DNA of 64,000 nucleotides from an uncultured Gammaproteobacteria bacterium (GCA_964616855.1 CAZTUJ010000001.1:320301-384300), one strand, 5' to 3'. Shown: positions 8,009 to 17,293, numbered from the stretch's first letter. The notes: generated from the sequence alone by a model not told the origin. A program made the numbers and translations.

Positions 8009-8142
8009 TAAAAGTTATTTGGTTATTTAACAAAGAGCAATTTAGAGGTTTTTTTGTTGGATTATTTGAGTCTCTGTTTAGGGGATTCAGATAATCCAAC
8101 AAAGACAAATAATTATATATTTAACCTTTAAATTGTTTATTT

Positions 8143-9051
8143 ATGAAGACAGAGTTAGAGAATTTTCTGGCGATGTGCCAGCGTAGTAAGTGTCAGATTG
8201 CCCCGGCAGTATTTGAAGAAACCTATAAGGCTTGTTGCCAACTCGCCCGTGATGGTGCGCAGTTGGGCATGGTAGAGCCTTTGTCCTCCAGCGTGTCGCT
8301 GGTTAATTGTCTGGCTGATAATCTTATCAGCAAAGACAGCAAATTAATTAACCACTATAATCTCCAGATTGCTCTGGATTTTATGGCCGGTGGTGGCAAC
8401 GTTTTAATGATTCAGAACCATACCTCTGGTGCTGACACCTTCGTCTGGAGGACTTTAGTGAACCGCTATTTCCGTCGCCGTCCCGCCGACGCCTTCGCTT
8501 ATATGTCGGGACATATCGTTAACATCTACCCTATGCCTCTGATTTTTGCCGGCAGCTTTCGGCGTATTCAGATTTTTTCTGAACGCTACAAGCAACTTTC
8601 TAAAGAGTTGGGGATAAGCGAAGAGGAGATGACGCAGCAGAATTGCCGCGCGCTCCGCTCCTTACTGACCTTTGTCAGGCCTGGTGGGAAATTGGTAGGA
8701 CTGTATCCGGAAGGTGGTCGTGGTTAAGGTTCTCTGAAATATGGTGACCCTAATACCGCTATTATTGCGGAAGCTCTTTCCCGGACGGGAGAATTTATGA
8801 TTTTGCCAACTTACGTGGAAGGTGCTACCTCAATTTTGCCAGTTAAGCGCAGTGACAATGAGTTTAACGACTTTTTGAAGTATCTTCGTCCCGGCCGTGC
8901 CAATATCACTTGCGGCGCCCCTTTCTACTGGTCACAAGTTGATCAGAGTAATAAAGAAAGTATTCATGCCAGCATTATGCTATCAATTGCCGCTTTGGCT
9001 CCGAATGAAGCCGCTCGCGGACCCTGGTCTTTACAGAAAATTTCAGTTTAA
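8143..9051 (+). pseudogene. PlsC-family acyltransferase interrupted by one in-frame TAA (8725-8727)
   Basis: ORFs 8143..8727 and 8797..9051 share a frame. Acyltransferase motif I NHTSGAD and motif III YPEGGRG lie before the stop. The read-through sequence (GSLKYGDPNTAIIAEAL...ILPTYVEGAT) continues the family pattern. Confidence 0.6.
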
Positions 9052-9068
9052 TCTAAACCACCTTAATC

Positions 9069-9683
9069 ATGACAAGAAAAATTTATGGCCTTGTGGGTAC
9101 ACCGCAATCGGCAAAGACGAAAATTAATGAACTTTTCCCTAAATACGGAATTGAGTTCATTAACCTAAATGCCGCCGGCAACAAGATGAGAGCGCTGGGT
9201 TCGCCTGATCGCGCTTTTTTCGACTTTATTGTCCCTGGACACCTTTTCGATGATGGCATCCGCCGCCCCTCCTATTACCTGGATATCTGTAAGTATCCGG
9301 AGAAACTGGACGACATTATGAAAAGGGAAATCCCGATCATTGAAGACTATGCCCGTGAGCAGATTGCCGCCACCACCGGCGACGTTATTCTCAGCTGGGA
9401 ATATCTGCATTTGCTTTCGCCTGAGTTTCAGTTCGATCAGGTTATCCTGCTTATCTGTCAGGATGAAGATACCTGGTTTGACCGTCTGCGTTTTCGGGCC
9501 AATGAAAGGGGCTTTCCCCGACATTTGTCTGACAGAAAGATTAAAGAAATAATCAAAGTTCACCGTTTCCGGGAAATTATTGAGGGCAGTATTGCCCGCT
9601 GGAACGAATGCCTGATCGTGGACACTTCTCCCGAAGATTTCGGGGCAGAAAATTTGGACTTTGTCCTGAGTAATAAATTGTGA
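9069..9683 (+). CDS. P-loop kinase-like protein with dephospho-CoA-kinase-like layout and a divergent Walker A
   Basis: N-terminus IYGLVGTPQSAKT has GxxxxAKT instead of GxxxxGK[ST]. Length and N-terminal layout resemble CoaE. Weak, by-eye similarity. Confidence 0.4.
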   Translation: MTRKIYGLVGTPQSAKTKINELFPKYGIEFINLNAAGNKMRALGSPDRAFFDFIVPGHLFDDGIRRPSYYLDICKYPEKLDDIMKREIPIIEDYAREQIAATTGDVILSWEYLHLLSPEFQFDQVILLICQDEDTWFDRLRFRANERGFPRHLSDRKIKEIIKVHRFREIIEGSIARWNECLIVDTSPEDFGAENLDFVLSNKL

Positions 9684-9708
9684 TTATTAATCCAAAAATT
9701 AAGCAAAC

Positions 9709-10038
9709 ATGAAACTGGAACCGATTGAATTGTCCCCGGAAAAACTGGGCTTCCTGATGGGCCTCTTCGACCTCTCGGAAGAAGAAATTACTACTGCCTG
9801 TAGCTGCACAGAGGTGAGCGATGTGCCGGAAGTTAAAAAAGTGGGAAGCGCCGAAGAAGCTTTTTCCGGTTTGGGCCAGGAAGACAATTGCCCTGCTTGC
9901 CGGGCTTTTATGAGGCAGTATATTGATTTCATGAACAGCCATGATAATTTGGCTCAAACTTATGAAAACATTTGTGACTGTGATGGTGCACCCGACGAAC
10001 GCATCCTGATTATCAGGAAAGCGGCTACTCTCAGTTAA
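9709..10038 (+). CDS. Hypothetical Cys-rich acidic protein
   Basis: 109-aa ORF co-directional with its neighbours and followed by the GCCCCCGT-N7-ACGGGGGC terminator. Contains CSC, CPAC and CDC. Preferred over the overlapping antisense ORF 9577..10158. Confidence 0.45.
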   Translation: MKLEPIELSPEKLGFLMGLFDLSEEEITTACSCTEVSDVPEVKKVGSAEEAFSGLGQEDNCPACRAFMRQYIDFMNSHDNLAQTYENICDCDGAPDERILIIRKAATLS

Positions 10039-10146
10039 CATTAACTCGTCCTTTGGAATCGCCCCCGTCTTTATTACGGGGGCTTTTCTTTTAAATTGGC
10101 TAGGGATGTAGTAAGATTGAGTTAGCTTTATCTTTATAATTATTTT

Positions 10147-10578
10147 ATGCCTTATCAAATTAGACTTCTTTGTCTTGAAGACTTATACCAGCCTTCTTTT
10201 TTTGAGACTTTATCCAATCTCCGTCCGGTCGGCGATTTAGCTCCGGCTCAGGCCGAAGAGATTTTTAAAGCCTGCCAGGCGCAGGGAATTGAAACCTATG
10301 TCGCCTGTGAGGGTGATAATATTATTGGTACCATTCGTTTGCTTTTTGAGTCTAAGTTTTATCATCCGGGTAAGCTAGCCGCCCACATTGAGGATGTCGC
10401 CACTCACGCTCAGCATCAAGGCCGAGGGGTTGGCCGAGCTTTATTAGAGCACGCTTTAGCGGTTTGTCGGGAGAAGGCTTGCTATAAGGTAATTTTAGAT
10501 TGTGACGATAAGCTCATCCCTTTTTACCAAAAGTTTGGTTTTAAAGAAGCCGGCGCTTATTTGCGTTTTGATTTCTAA
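10147..10578 (+). CDS. GNAT-family N-acetyltransferase (GNA1-like)
   Basis: Acetyl-CoA binding motif QHQGRGVGRALLEHAL and C-terminal FYQKFGFKEAG. Confidence 0.8.
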   Translation: MPYQIRLLCLEDLYQPSFFETLSNLRPVGDLAPAQAEEIFKACQAQGIETYVACEGDNIIGTIRLLFESKFYHPGKLAAHIEDVATHAQHQGRGVGRALLEHALAVCREKACYKVILDCDDKLIPFYQKFGFKEAGAYLRFDF

Positions 10579-10653
10579 AAATTTTTCTGTTTTTGATTAT
10601 TTTAAAGCCCCCTGTTTGGCAGGAGGCTTTTTTGTTGATTTTTTACTTGAATG

Positions 10654-11349
10654 TTAATTAATAACTTTTTGAGGCGAGATTAAGCCGATGACTGCATCTT
10701 TGCCGGGATAGACTTTAAAGCCGTCGCGACCAATCCAGAGGCCGCCGATTAATTCCGGCACTTGACCAGTGCCGCAGAAGAAGACTAAACGATAAATTAC
10801 TTTTTTGCTTTTTTCTCCGTTTGGAGAGGGAAGGGGTAAGTAGAAGGGCTGAAGATATAGATCTTTTGATCCATAGATAAAATTAACTATTCCACCGCGG
10901 GTAGAAAAGCTACGGTTGTGTCCGAAGTGGCGCCAGTCAGGGTGCCAAATGCGGGTAACTCCGGCAGCATTTTTAACGCAGAAAGCTTTTCCCCAGTCGA
11001 TTTTAGTTTCGTAATCGGCGGAGGAGATTTTTTGCCACAAACCCAGTTCTTCACCAAGCTGTAAATTGGTTTCAAATTTACTATCTTGCGACAGAAAAAG
11101 GCGATGTCCCAGCCAGGCGCGGTCTTCGCCCAAAAAGGATCCGCTCAGTTCTTTAATGAGCATGGCTGATTTTTGGCCATTGCCGTAGTTAAAGGGGTTG
11201 AGGTGTCCGTTGGGAGCACAGTCGATTTCAATAAAGACATGACTCTCGTTTTGGGGGCGGAGGCGATTAACCAAATTTTGGGCCTCTGTGCTCAGTTCAG
11301 AATTGATTTCCAAGATTTCATTGGAATGTGTGCAGGCATTTTTACTCAT
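10654..11349 (-). CDS. Hypothetical protein
   Basis: 231-aa ORF with an ATG start and a terminator downstream. No recognisable motif. Confidence 0.55.
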   Translation of the reverse strand: MSKNACTHSNEILEINSELSTEAQNLVNRLRPQNESHVFIEIDCAPNGHLNPFNYGNGQKSAMLIKELSGSFLGEDRAWLGHRLFLSQDSKFETNLQLGEELGLWQKISSADYETKIDWGKAFCVKNAAGVTRIWHPDWRHFGHNRSFSTRGGIVNFIYGSKDLYLQPFYLPLPSPNGEKSKKVIYRLVFFCGTGQVPELIGGLWIGRDGFKVYPGKDAVIGLISPQKVIN

Positions 11350-11671
11350 GACTAAAAAGATTTAAGGGTTAACATTCAAGGTTATTTAGTTTTAAAAAAC
11401 AAAAGGCCGGATTTTTTATCCGGCCGGCACTTATTGATATTTTTTAGATTAATCTGATTTAACAATCCTTTTTCATATCAATAAAAGCCGGCTGGCTAAA
11501 CATCCAGTTGCAAATAATATTCTGTTGGGACTTGTATGATATTTTTAACATAAAACTATTATAGCAGATATTTTAAACTTGGCAAGAGGGAAGCCCTTAT
11601 ATCTACAGCCTTTTAGCCCCTTGACGATTTTTTATCTTTGTACTACTATACTAACACACTAATACAGGTCT

Positions 11672-11989
11672 ATGAGTACTGCGCGTGAACGAAAAAATCG
11701 GGCTGATTTACTAACAGCTGTTCTCAGTTTGGCATCCTTAGCGGAGGCCGAGCGTTTTTTTCGTGATTTATGCACCCCCGAAGAGTTGCGGGCTTTATCA
11801 GAGCGCTGGCAAATTGCCGTGCTTTTAGCCGAGGGTAAGCCTTATCGAGAAATTGCCCAGAAGCTTAAAACCAGCACTACGACCGTCAGTCGTGTGGCCA
11901 CTTGGCTTAATGACGGCCTCGGCGGCTATCGTTTAGTCTTAAAGCGCCTTCATCCCCATCATTCCGTTGCTATTTCCGGGAAGGGCTGA
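11672..11989 (+). CDS. TrpR-related YerC/YecD-family DNA-binding protein
   Basis: FFRDLCTPEELRALSERWQIAVLL..GKPYREIAQKLKTSTTTVSRVATWL is typical of the YerC/YecD family. TGA stop, then a terminator. Confidence 0.75.
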   Translation: MSTARERKNRADLLTAVLSLASLAEAERFFRDLCTPEELRALSERWQIAVLLAEGKPYREIAQKLKTSTTTVSRVATWLNDGLGGYRLVLKRLHPHHSVAISGKG

Positions 11990-12062
11990 TTTTATATTAT
12001 TATTGATTTAGGCCCTTTTCGGAAACGGAGAGGGTTTTTTTATTACTTAATTTTTTATTTTT

Positions 12063-12593
12063 ATGTTTAACAAGAAAAAATTACAAATTGGTATTATTGG
12101 TTCGGCTGGAGCTTTTGATCAAGGTGATGCCGATGAGAAAATGTTGACATTGGCTAGGCGCCTGGGTGAGCTCTTGGCGCAAGCAGGAGCGGTAGTTGTT
12201 ACTGGTGGCAAGGACGGCATTATGGAAGCGGCTGCTGCTGGCGCCAAAGCGGCCGGCGGTCTCAATGTCGGCGTGGTTAGAGGACCGCAGCGCTTTACTT
12301 CTAATCCCTACATTGATATTGAAGTCATTAGCGGCATGCTTGCTGAAGGTATGGATGAGCTGACTTTAGCGCTGATGTGTGATGCCTTAATTTTGGTTGG
12401 CGGTGGCGCCGGTTCTTTGCAAGAAGTTACCTTAGCCTATAGGAATAATAAGCCGATTATTGCTTTAGCTGATTCTGGTGGTTGGGCCGAGCGCTTAGCT
12501 GGTCAGTATTTAGACGGGCGTCAGCGGGTGCGGATTGCTAGTGCTACCTCACCCGAGCAAGCGGTTAGCTTAGCTTTAGCGGCACTTACTTAG
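12063..12593 (+). CDS. TIGR00725-type LOG/DprA-like Rossmann protein
   Basis: IGIIGSAG...VVTGGKDGIMEAAAAGAKAAGG...LILVGGGAGSLQE pattern of the lysine-decarboxylase-like/LOG superfamily. Confidence 0.7.
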   Translation: MFNKKKLQIGIIGSAGAFDQGDADEKMLTLARRLGELLAQAGAVVVTGGKDGIMEAAAAGAKAAGGLNVGVVRGPQRFTSNPYIDIEVISGMLAEGMDELTLALMCDALILVGGGAGSLQEVTLAYRNNKPIIALADSGGWAERLAGQYLDGRQRVRIASATSPEQAVSLALAALT

Positions 12594-12753
12594 TTTGTTG
12601 ATTATGAATAATTATAATTTTTCCATTACTTATCAGCATCATCGCGGCTCTTTTTCGGAAGAGGCCGCTGGTTTTTGATTTTATTTTTCCAAAACGATCG
12701 GCCCTTTCCGAAAAACGGAAAGATTCGTTCGTTTAAATATAGGAGAACTAAAG

Positions 12754-13392
12754 ATGGAAAAAATTATTATTATCGACGCCCCTTTTTCTTTTACCCCTGC
12801 GGTGTTTGAAAATTATGGCTTACGGGTTGTGTCTGCTCGGCAACTAACTGAAGATTTATTGTCCTGGCAACTTTGGCAGGAGCTTGATCCTTGGCGGACA
12901 CTCCTGGTCTTCCCGGGCAATGGTGCCAATTTGTTAAGGCGAGAGATTATAGCTTTAGCCCCGACTTGGCTCCATTCTTGGCCTTATCAAGAAGCCTTGA
13001 GTGCCAAGAGACTATGGGTGCCGGGCCAGCCGCCGGAAGCCTTAGTTGGCCGTTTTGGCGATAGCGTTTATATCGGTTTGAAGCAAGTCATTGTTTTAGA
13101 TGATGTTGTTTCTTCTGGGGAGACCTGTCGCCAAGTCTATCGTCACAATTATCCCTATACCCCCGGTGCCGATTGGTTAGCTTGCACCTGGGTAGCGCAG
13201 AGAAGTGCGCGTTTGCGGGGCTTTAAGGGCTTAGAGGCCTTAGTGTGGGCAGGAACAGTCGAGCAGAGAGCCCCTATTAATTCTCTCTCTACCCTCATTG
13301 AATGCCCGGAAATCTGTCGTGTTTATGCCGAAAGAAATTTTCCGGACAGAGCCCAAGCCTTTCAGGAGATGATTGCTGCGGGCAGACTTTAA
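12754..13392 (+). CDS. Phosphoribosyltransferase-like protein
   Basis: The type-I PRTase PRPP-binding motif VIVLDDVVSSGET is present. The rest is unrecognised. Confidence 0.55.
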   Translation: MEKIIIIDAPFSFTPAVFENYGLRVVSARQLTEDLLSWQLWQELDPWRTLLVFPGNGANLLRREIIALAPTWLHSWPYQEALSAKRLWVPGQPPEALVGRFGDSVYIGLKQVIVLDDVVSSGETCRQVYRHNYPYTPGADWLACTWVAQRSARLRGFKGLEALVWAGTVEQRAPINSLSTLIECPEICRVYAERNFPDRAQAFQEMIAAGRL

Positions 13393-13495
13393 AGATTTTT
13401 CCAGACAGAGCCGTGTAATAGCGGCTCTTTTAATAATTATTGACATATTTATATATTTGTGATAATTTAGATAGTCTGTTAGTTCTTTAACAAAC

Positions 13496-13580
13496 TTAAT
13501 TTAAGTGAATTTGCTGGGTCAGCCGAGACGCTAATTGGCGTTTGGGCCGACCTAGTAATTATATGTTTCACTTAAATTAA
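13496..13580 (+). promoter_or_regulatory. Long imperfect hairpin in the 5' leader of the lipoprotein operon
   Basis: TTAATTTAAGTGAA (13496-13509) pairs perfectly with TTCACTTAAATTAA (13567-13580). The interior adds GGTCAGCC/GGCCGACC and GACGC/GCGTT helices. It lies between the TTGACA promoter (13438) and the ATG at 13588. Confidence 0.5.
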
Positions 13581-13587
13581 ATTATGT

Positions 13588-14091
13588 ATGAAGAAAAATG
13601 TGTTTTTTTTACTTTGTTTTATCTTGGCCTTGCTGGCCGCTTGCCAGCAAAAAACGCCAAAGGATAATGATTATCTTAATCCTATTGTTGACGACGACCC
13701 CTGCCTGGTGGACTCCGCTGATTTTAGAAAATTGGTTGAATATATTGAAGAAAAGGGCTCCGTGGTCTATCAAAACAATTTGCCCTGTGATTACCAATTA
13801 AATTTTCTGGACTCTGAAAAACATCGTCATGTTCTTACCACTATCCGTCGTGACATCAACGGCAATCCCGACTTAAATGGTAAAGTTAATGAGATTAGCG
13901 TTTGGATTTATCAGCAAGACTTTATGTTTTGCTATATTATCACCGCCGACCTGGTAGAACCGATGATGCAAGAAGATTTCTCCAATCCGGAGCACTTAGC
14001 CATTATGAATCTTGGCTATAATGAATTTTTAAGTAAAGTAAATAGTAGTTTAAACCCCGCAAAAAAAAGCAAAAATGAGAAAACACATTGA
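13588..14091 (+). CDS. Hypothetical lipoprotein
   Basis: Signal peptide with a lipobox-like LLAAC (MKKNVFFLLCFILALLAAC). Confidence 0.65.
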   Translation: MKKNVFFLLCFILALLAACQQKTPKDNDYLNPIVDDDPCLVDSADFRKLVEYIEEKGSVVYQNNLPCDYQLNFLDSEKHRHVLTTIRRDINGNPDLNGKVNEISVWIYQQDFMFCYIITADLVEPMMQEDFSNPEHLAIMNLGYNEFLSKVNSSLNPAKKSKNEKTH

Positions 14092-14587
14092 TTTATTGGA
14101 GGGCGAAATAATCGTCCAATTACAAAATGTGGGCCAGAGCTGGTTTGACATGATTATGGGACTGCCCCCTGACATCCGTCAGGATGATAAAGAACGTCCG
14201 GGTATTTCCGTGCTTATCCAGGAACCGGAGACAAGGAACCTGTTAAAGTTTCGCGTCGGTAAGCCGTTACCGTTAGCTGACTATTTAGCGGACGAAAAAG
14301 CGGTGCGTTCCAATTTATTGAAACACGCCTCTTCGCAAAACAGTGCTAACCCGTCTTTGTTAAGATTCCCCGGTTCGTTAACCGCCTGCTTTGATGGTGT
14401 GACCCTGCAGGCCTCCATCTCTGGGGCTAAGGGTGAAGAAGACGCCTTTATATCGGCGATGCTTTTAGCATCAGCCTTTCATAGGCCGATTGAGGCGGTA
14501 TTACGCAACATCAAAAATCTGGGCGGAGAGCTACCCGCTCAATTCTTCCAAAAAGATCACTATCTCTATATTTTATTGAATAGTTGA
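14075..14587 (+). CDS. Hypothetical protein
   Basis: 170-aa ORF overlapping the upstream stop by 17 nt (suggesting translational coupling). TGA stop followed by a terminator. Confidence 0.55.
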   Translation: MRKHIDLLEGEIIVQLQNVGQSWFDMIMGLPPDIRQDDKERPGISVLIQEPETRNLLKFRVGKPLPLADYLADEKAVRSNLLKHASSQNSANPSLLRFPGSLTACFDGVTLQASISGAKGEEDAFISAMLLASAFHRPIEAVLRNIKNLGGELPAQFFQKDHYLYILLNS

Positions 14588-14676
14588 TCTGATTCTCGTT
14601 CCTTTAAAAGATGGCCCCCAAATTGTCGGGGCCGTTTTTTTATAAAAAAAGACCGGCTGTGAGTGCCGATCTCCGG

Positions 14677-15159
14677 TTAGAAGAATCTACTGATGAGTAC
14701 GCCTGTGCCAAAAGCGGCTAGGGCGAGAATGACGGTCGCCAAGATGAAGGCTGTTAGTTTGCTTAAGACCATGATTTTTAGGCTTAACTTTAAGTCAGCA
14801 TCTTTGTCGTTGAGTTCGGCGATTTTTTTGAGAACCGCTTCATGTTTCTCTTCATTTTCCGCTGTTGATATTTCTTCCCACAACCGATAGTATTCTTGAT
14901 CCAGTCTATTATTAGTCTCAATTTTTTCCTTAAGGCTGTTAATCCAGCGATTAGTGTAATTGGGGCCGATATAAATCAAGAAAGAGACTGCTAGTAGGGA
15001 GAGGGAGGCGACAAGATTGTGAGTAAAAAAGAAAGCGGAAACTATGAGGACTAAAAAGGAGAGGCGGTAACGCACTAAAAAGTTATGTACGTTCACTATC
15101 AAATTAACCATTCTGATGCGGCCAAGGTGAATCAGCCAAATAATTTTATTGAATTCCAT
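14677..15159 (-). CDS. Hypothetical membrane protein
   Basis: ORF track 14677..15165 (GTG start); ATG at 15159. Two N-terminal TM segments, a coiled-coil middle and a C-terminal TM segment. Confidence 0.5.
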   Translation of the reverse strand: MEFNKIIWLIHLGRIRMVNLIVNVHNFLVRYRLSFLVLIVSAFFFTHNLVASLSLLAVSFLIYIGPNYTNRWINSLKEKIETNNRLDQEYYRLWEEISTAENEEKHEAVLKKIAELNDKDADLKLSLKIMVLSKLTAFILATVILALAAFGTGVLISRFF

Positions 15160-15288
15160 CGTCACTATTTTTAAAGGTTCGACTTCATTTGCTTGGGTTT
15201 AGATTACAAGATTATTAATTTTTTGTCAATATTTTAAATAAGTAAAAAAGGAAGCGAGCGGCTTCCTTTTTAAGAGGGGGGAACGGGG

Positions 15289-16008
15289 TTATAAACCCAA
15301 ACTTAGTTTTTTTTGAGCAATGAGATTGTCATACTTTTGCTCTAAGGCTTTTTTTTGCGCTTCGTATGACTGCTCATTTTTTTTGGTGGTTTCTGAGTAT
15401 TCAGCTTCATATTTCTTGTTAGCTGATTCGTAGATGCTGTAGGCTTGTTTTTCCAGAGTCACGTGATCTTTTACACCCGGGATTTTTTCGATTTTTTCGA
15501 ATTCTTCCCAACGTTTATAGCTATTTTCCCCATAAGAATTATCTTTCCAAAACTCGGCAATTACGTATTGGATAAATTCTTTAGGATGTTTTTCCGATAG
15601 CTCTTTGAGGCTTCTGTGGCGGGCGTCTTCAAAGACAAGGTAACTTTTTAAACTTTCTCTTTCCTTCTGCTTATAGGCAGACATATTGGCCTTTTCTTTC
15701 TGGGTGTAGGCATTCATTTCTGCCTTTTCTTTTTCGTTCCACATACGGACTTCATATTTCTGGAACTCCAGAAGTTTTAGTCTTTGCTCCACTGTCATGG
15801 TGTCGCAATGGGATTCAAGTTGGGATTGCAGGGCAGAGGTGAGTAATTTAATGGAGTCTCCTTTGATGGAGTCAGAAGTACGGAGGTCACTGAGGGTGGT
15901 TTCCAGTTTGGAAAATTTCTTATCATCCTGACGGTTTTCGATTATGGTCAGGATTAACAATACTGCCATTAAGGCCACGGCTGAATAGCCAAAAATTCTG
16001 TTTTTCAT
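15289..16008 (-). CDS. Hypothetical N-terminally anchored coiled-coil protein
   Basis: TM segment (YSAVALMAVLLILTII) followed by a K/E-rich helical sequence with internal repeats (EKAEMNAYTQKEKANMSAYKQKE). Confidence 0.55.
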   Translation of the reverse strand: MKNRIFGYSAVALMAVLLILTIIENRQDDKKFSKLETTLSDLRTSDSIKGDSIKLLTSALQSQLESHCDTMTVEQRLKLLEFQKYEVRMWNEKEKAEMNAYTQKEKANMSAYKQKERESLKSYLVFEDARHRSLKELSEKHPKEFIQYVIAEFWKDNSYGENSYKRWEEFEKIEKIPGVKDHVTLEKQAYSIYESANKKYEAEYSETTKKNEQSYEAQKKALEQKYDNLIAQKKLSLGL

Positions 16009-16225
16009 TTTACTTTGCTTTTGGGTTTATATTAACTTTTAAATGTTCATTACTAATGGTTAAATTATAACACTTTTTATTAATTATGTCAATGTAGGGC
16101 AGGGTATTTATTTATTATTTTATTTAAAATTAGCTAATTATTTGTTTATATCTTGACGAATTTTAGTATTAATTGTAGGGTTTAAGGAATTCTTTTAAAA
16201 TCAATCACCTTAAATCTGTATAATC

Positions 16226-16489
16226 ATGAGTCTGGAGCTAAAAATTTTCTTGTATTTCCTGATGTCAGCCCAAATGCTGGCCTGGGCCTGGTTTAGTTTC
16301 AAGGGAGGAAATCTAAACAATCAGCGCTTTTATCTTTTTAGCGCCCTGATGGCCTGCGGACAAATCGGGGCCGCCGTTGAAACCATTTTTCTTTCTGCTT
16401 GGGGGACGGCCGCCGTCCAAATCTATTTTCTGATTTTTACCATCTTCGGCTGGTATCGGCGCTATCTTCAAGCCCAGAAAAAAGGATAA
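16226..16489 (+). CDS. Small 3-TM membrane protein
   Basis: 87-aa ORF with three hydrophobic segments. No PQ motif, so not called SemiSWEET. Confidence 0.45.
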   Translation: MSLELKIFLYFLMSAQMLAWAWFSFKGGNLNNQRFYLFSALMACGQIGAAVETIFLSAWGTAAVQIYFLIFTIFGWYRRYLQAQKKG

Positions 16490-16552
16490 ACTCTGTTGCT
16501 TGCAACAAAAAAAGCCATTGGGAGACAATGGCTTTTTTCTTATCCTGTTTAT

Positions 16553-16987
16553 TTATTTTTTTAAGATATCTCTGATTTCTGTAAGGATCTTGGCTTCGGC
16601 GCTTGGTTCTGGCTCGGCTTTTACTTCTTCTTTCTTTTCTTCCTCGTGCTGGAAGCGGTTTTTGACTTTAAGGAGAATCTTGACCATCAAGAAGACGGAA
16701 GCGGCAATAATGAGGAAGTCAACGATGTTTTGCACAAAGATGCCGGCATTGAGACTGAGAGCGGCCTTGGTGACGGCACCAGCGGCATCTTTAATTTCTG
16801 GGCGCAAGATAATTTTCCAGCCGCTGAAATCATTGCCACCGGTGAGGAGGCCGACTAAGGGCATGATGATGTCGGCGACGAGCGAGGAAACAATTTTGCC
16901 GAAAGCCCCGCCGATGATAACAGCGGTAGCTAAATCAACGACGTTACCTTTAACGGCAAACTCTTTAAATTCTTTAAGTAATTTCAT
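16553..16987 (-). CDS. mscL: Large-conductance mechanosensitive channel
   Basis: MKLLKEFKEFAVKGNVVDLATAVIIGGAFGKIVSSLVADIIMPLVGLL closely matches the canonical MscL N-terminus. Confidence 0.95.
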   Translation of the reverse strand: MKLLKEFKEFAVKGNVVDLATAVIIGGAFGKIVSSLVADIIMPLVGLLTGGNDFSGWKIILRPEIKDAAGAVTKAALSLNAGIFVQNIVDFLIIAASVFLMVKILLKVKNRFQHEEEKKEEVKAEPEPSAEAKILTEIRDILKK

Positions 16988-17094
16988 ATTTTTTGATAAT
17001 TAATTGCCTTTAATTTAACATAAAAATAGTTTTTTAGGAAGCGGGAGCTGTCTTTAGGAAAATATGTTATAATATTAATATATTTTTTAGTCTT

Positions 17095-17286
17095 ATGGCC
17101 ACGCCGACACCGGCCTCTATTTCTCCTGAAGAACAAGCTTTTTTAAAGCAGACGCTGGCTGATTTTGGCGTGCGTCTGTCCTCGCTGTCGGCCCGTAAAT
17201 TGCGCTTAATTACCCGTTTCCGTCACCGTTTAGAGGAGGAGAAAATTAAGGAACTGCAAGCTGAAATTTTTGAGGATATTAAATAA
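17095..17286 (+). CDS. Small hypothetical helical protein
   Basis: 63-aa ORF ending 7 nt before the giant ORF. Predicted coiled-coil C-terminus. Confidence 0.4.
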   Translation: MATPTPASISPEEQAFLKQTLADFGVRLSSLSARKLRLITRFRHRLEEEKIKELQAEIFEDIK

Positions 17287-17293
17287 CTCATTT

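Noticed and set aside
7905-8108. 67-aa minus-strand ORF, and the TTG-extended start of the HD-domain gene at 7915.
   Set aside because: The region contains divergent TTGACA promoters and a leader hairpin. The ATG at 7858 gives a normal HD-protein N-terminus.
9577-10158. 193-aa minus-strand ORF overlapping 9709..10038.
   Set aside because: It would overlap the 3' end of 9069..9683 and the 5' end of the GNAT gene, and its sequence is low-complexity. The plus-strand ORF fits the operon direction and the downstream terminator. Neither ORF has homology support.
16500-17003. 167-aa plus-strand ORF, plus the nested ORF 16646..16858.
   Set aside because: It is antisense to the unmistakable mscL gene and has a low-complexity Ser/Leu/Ala composition.
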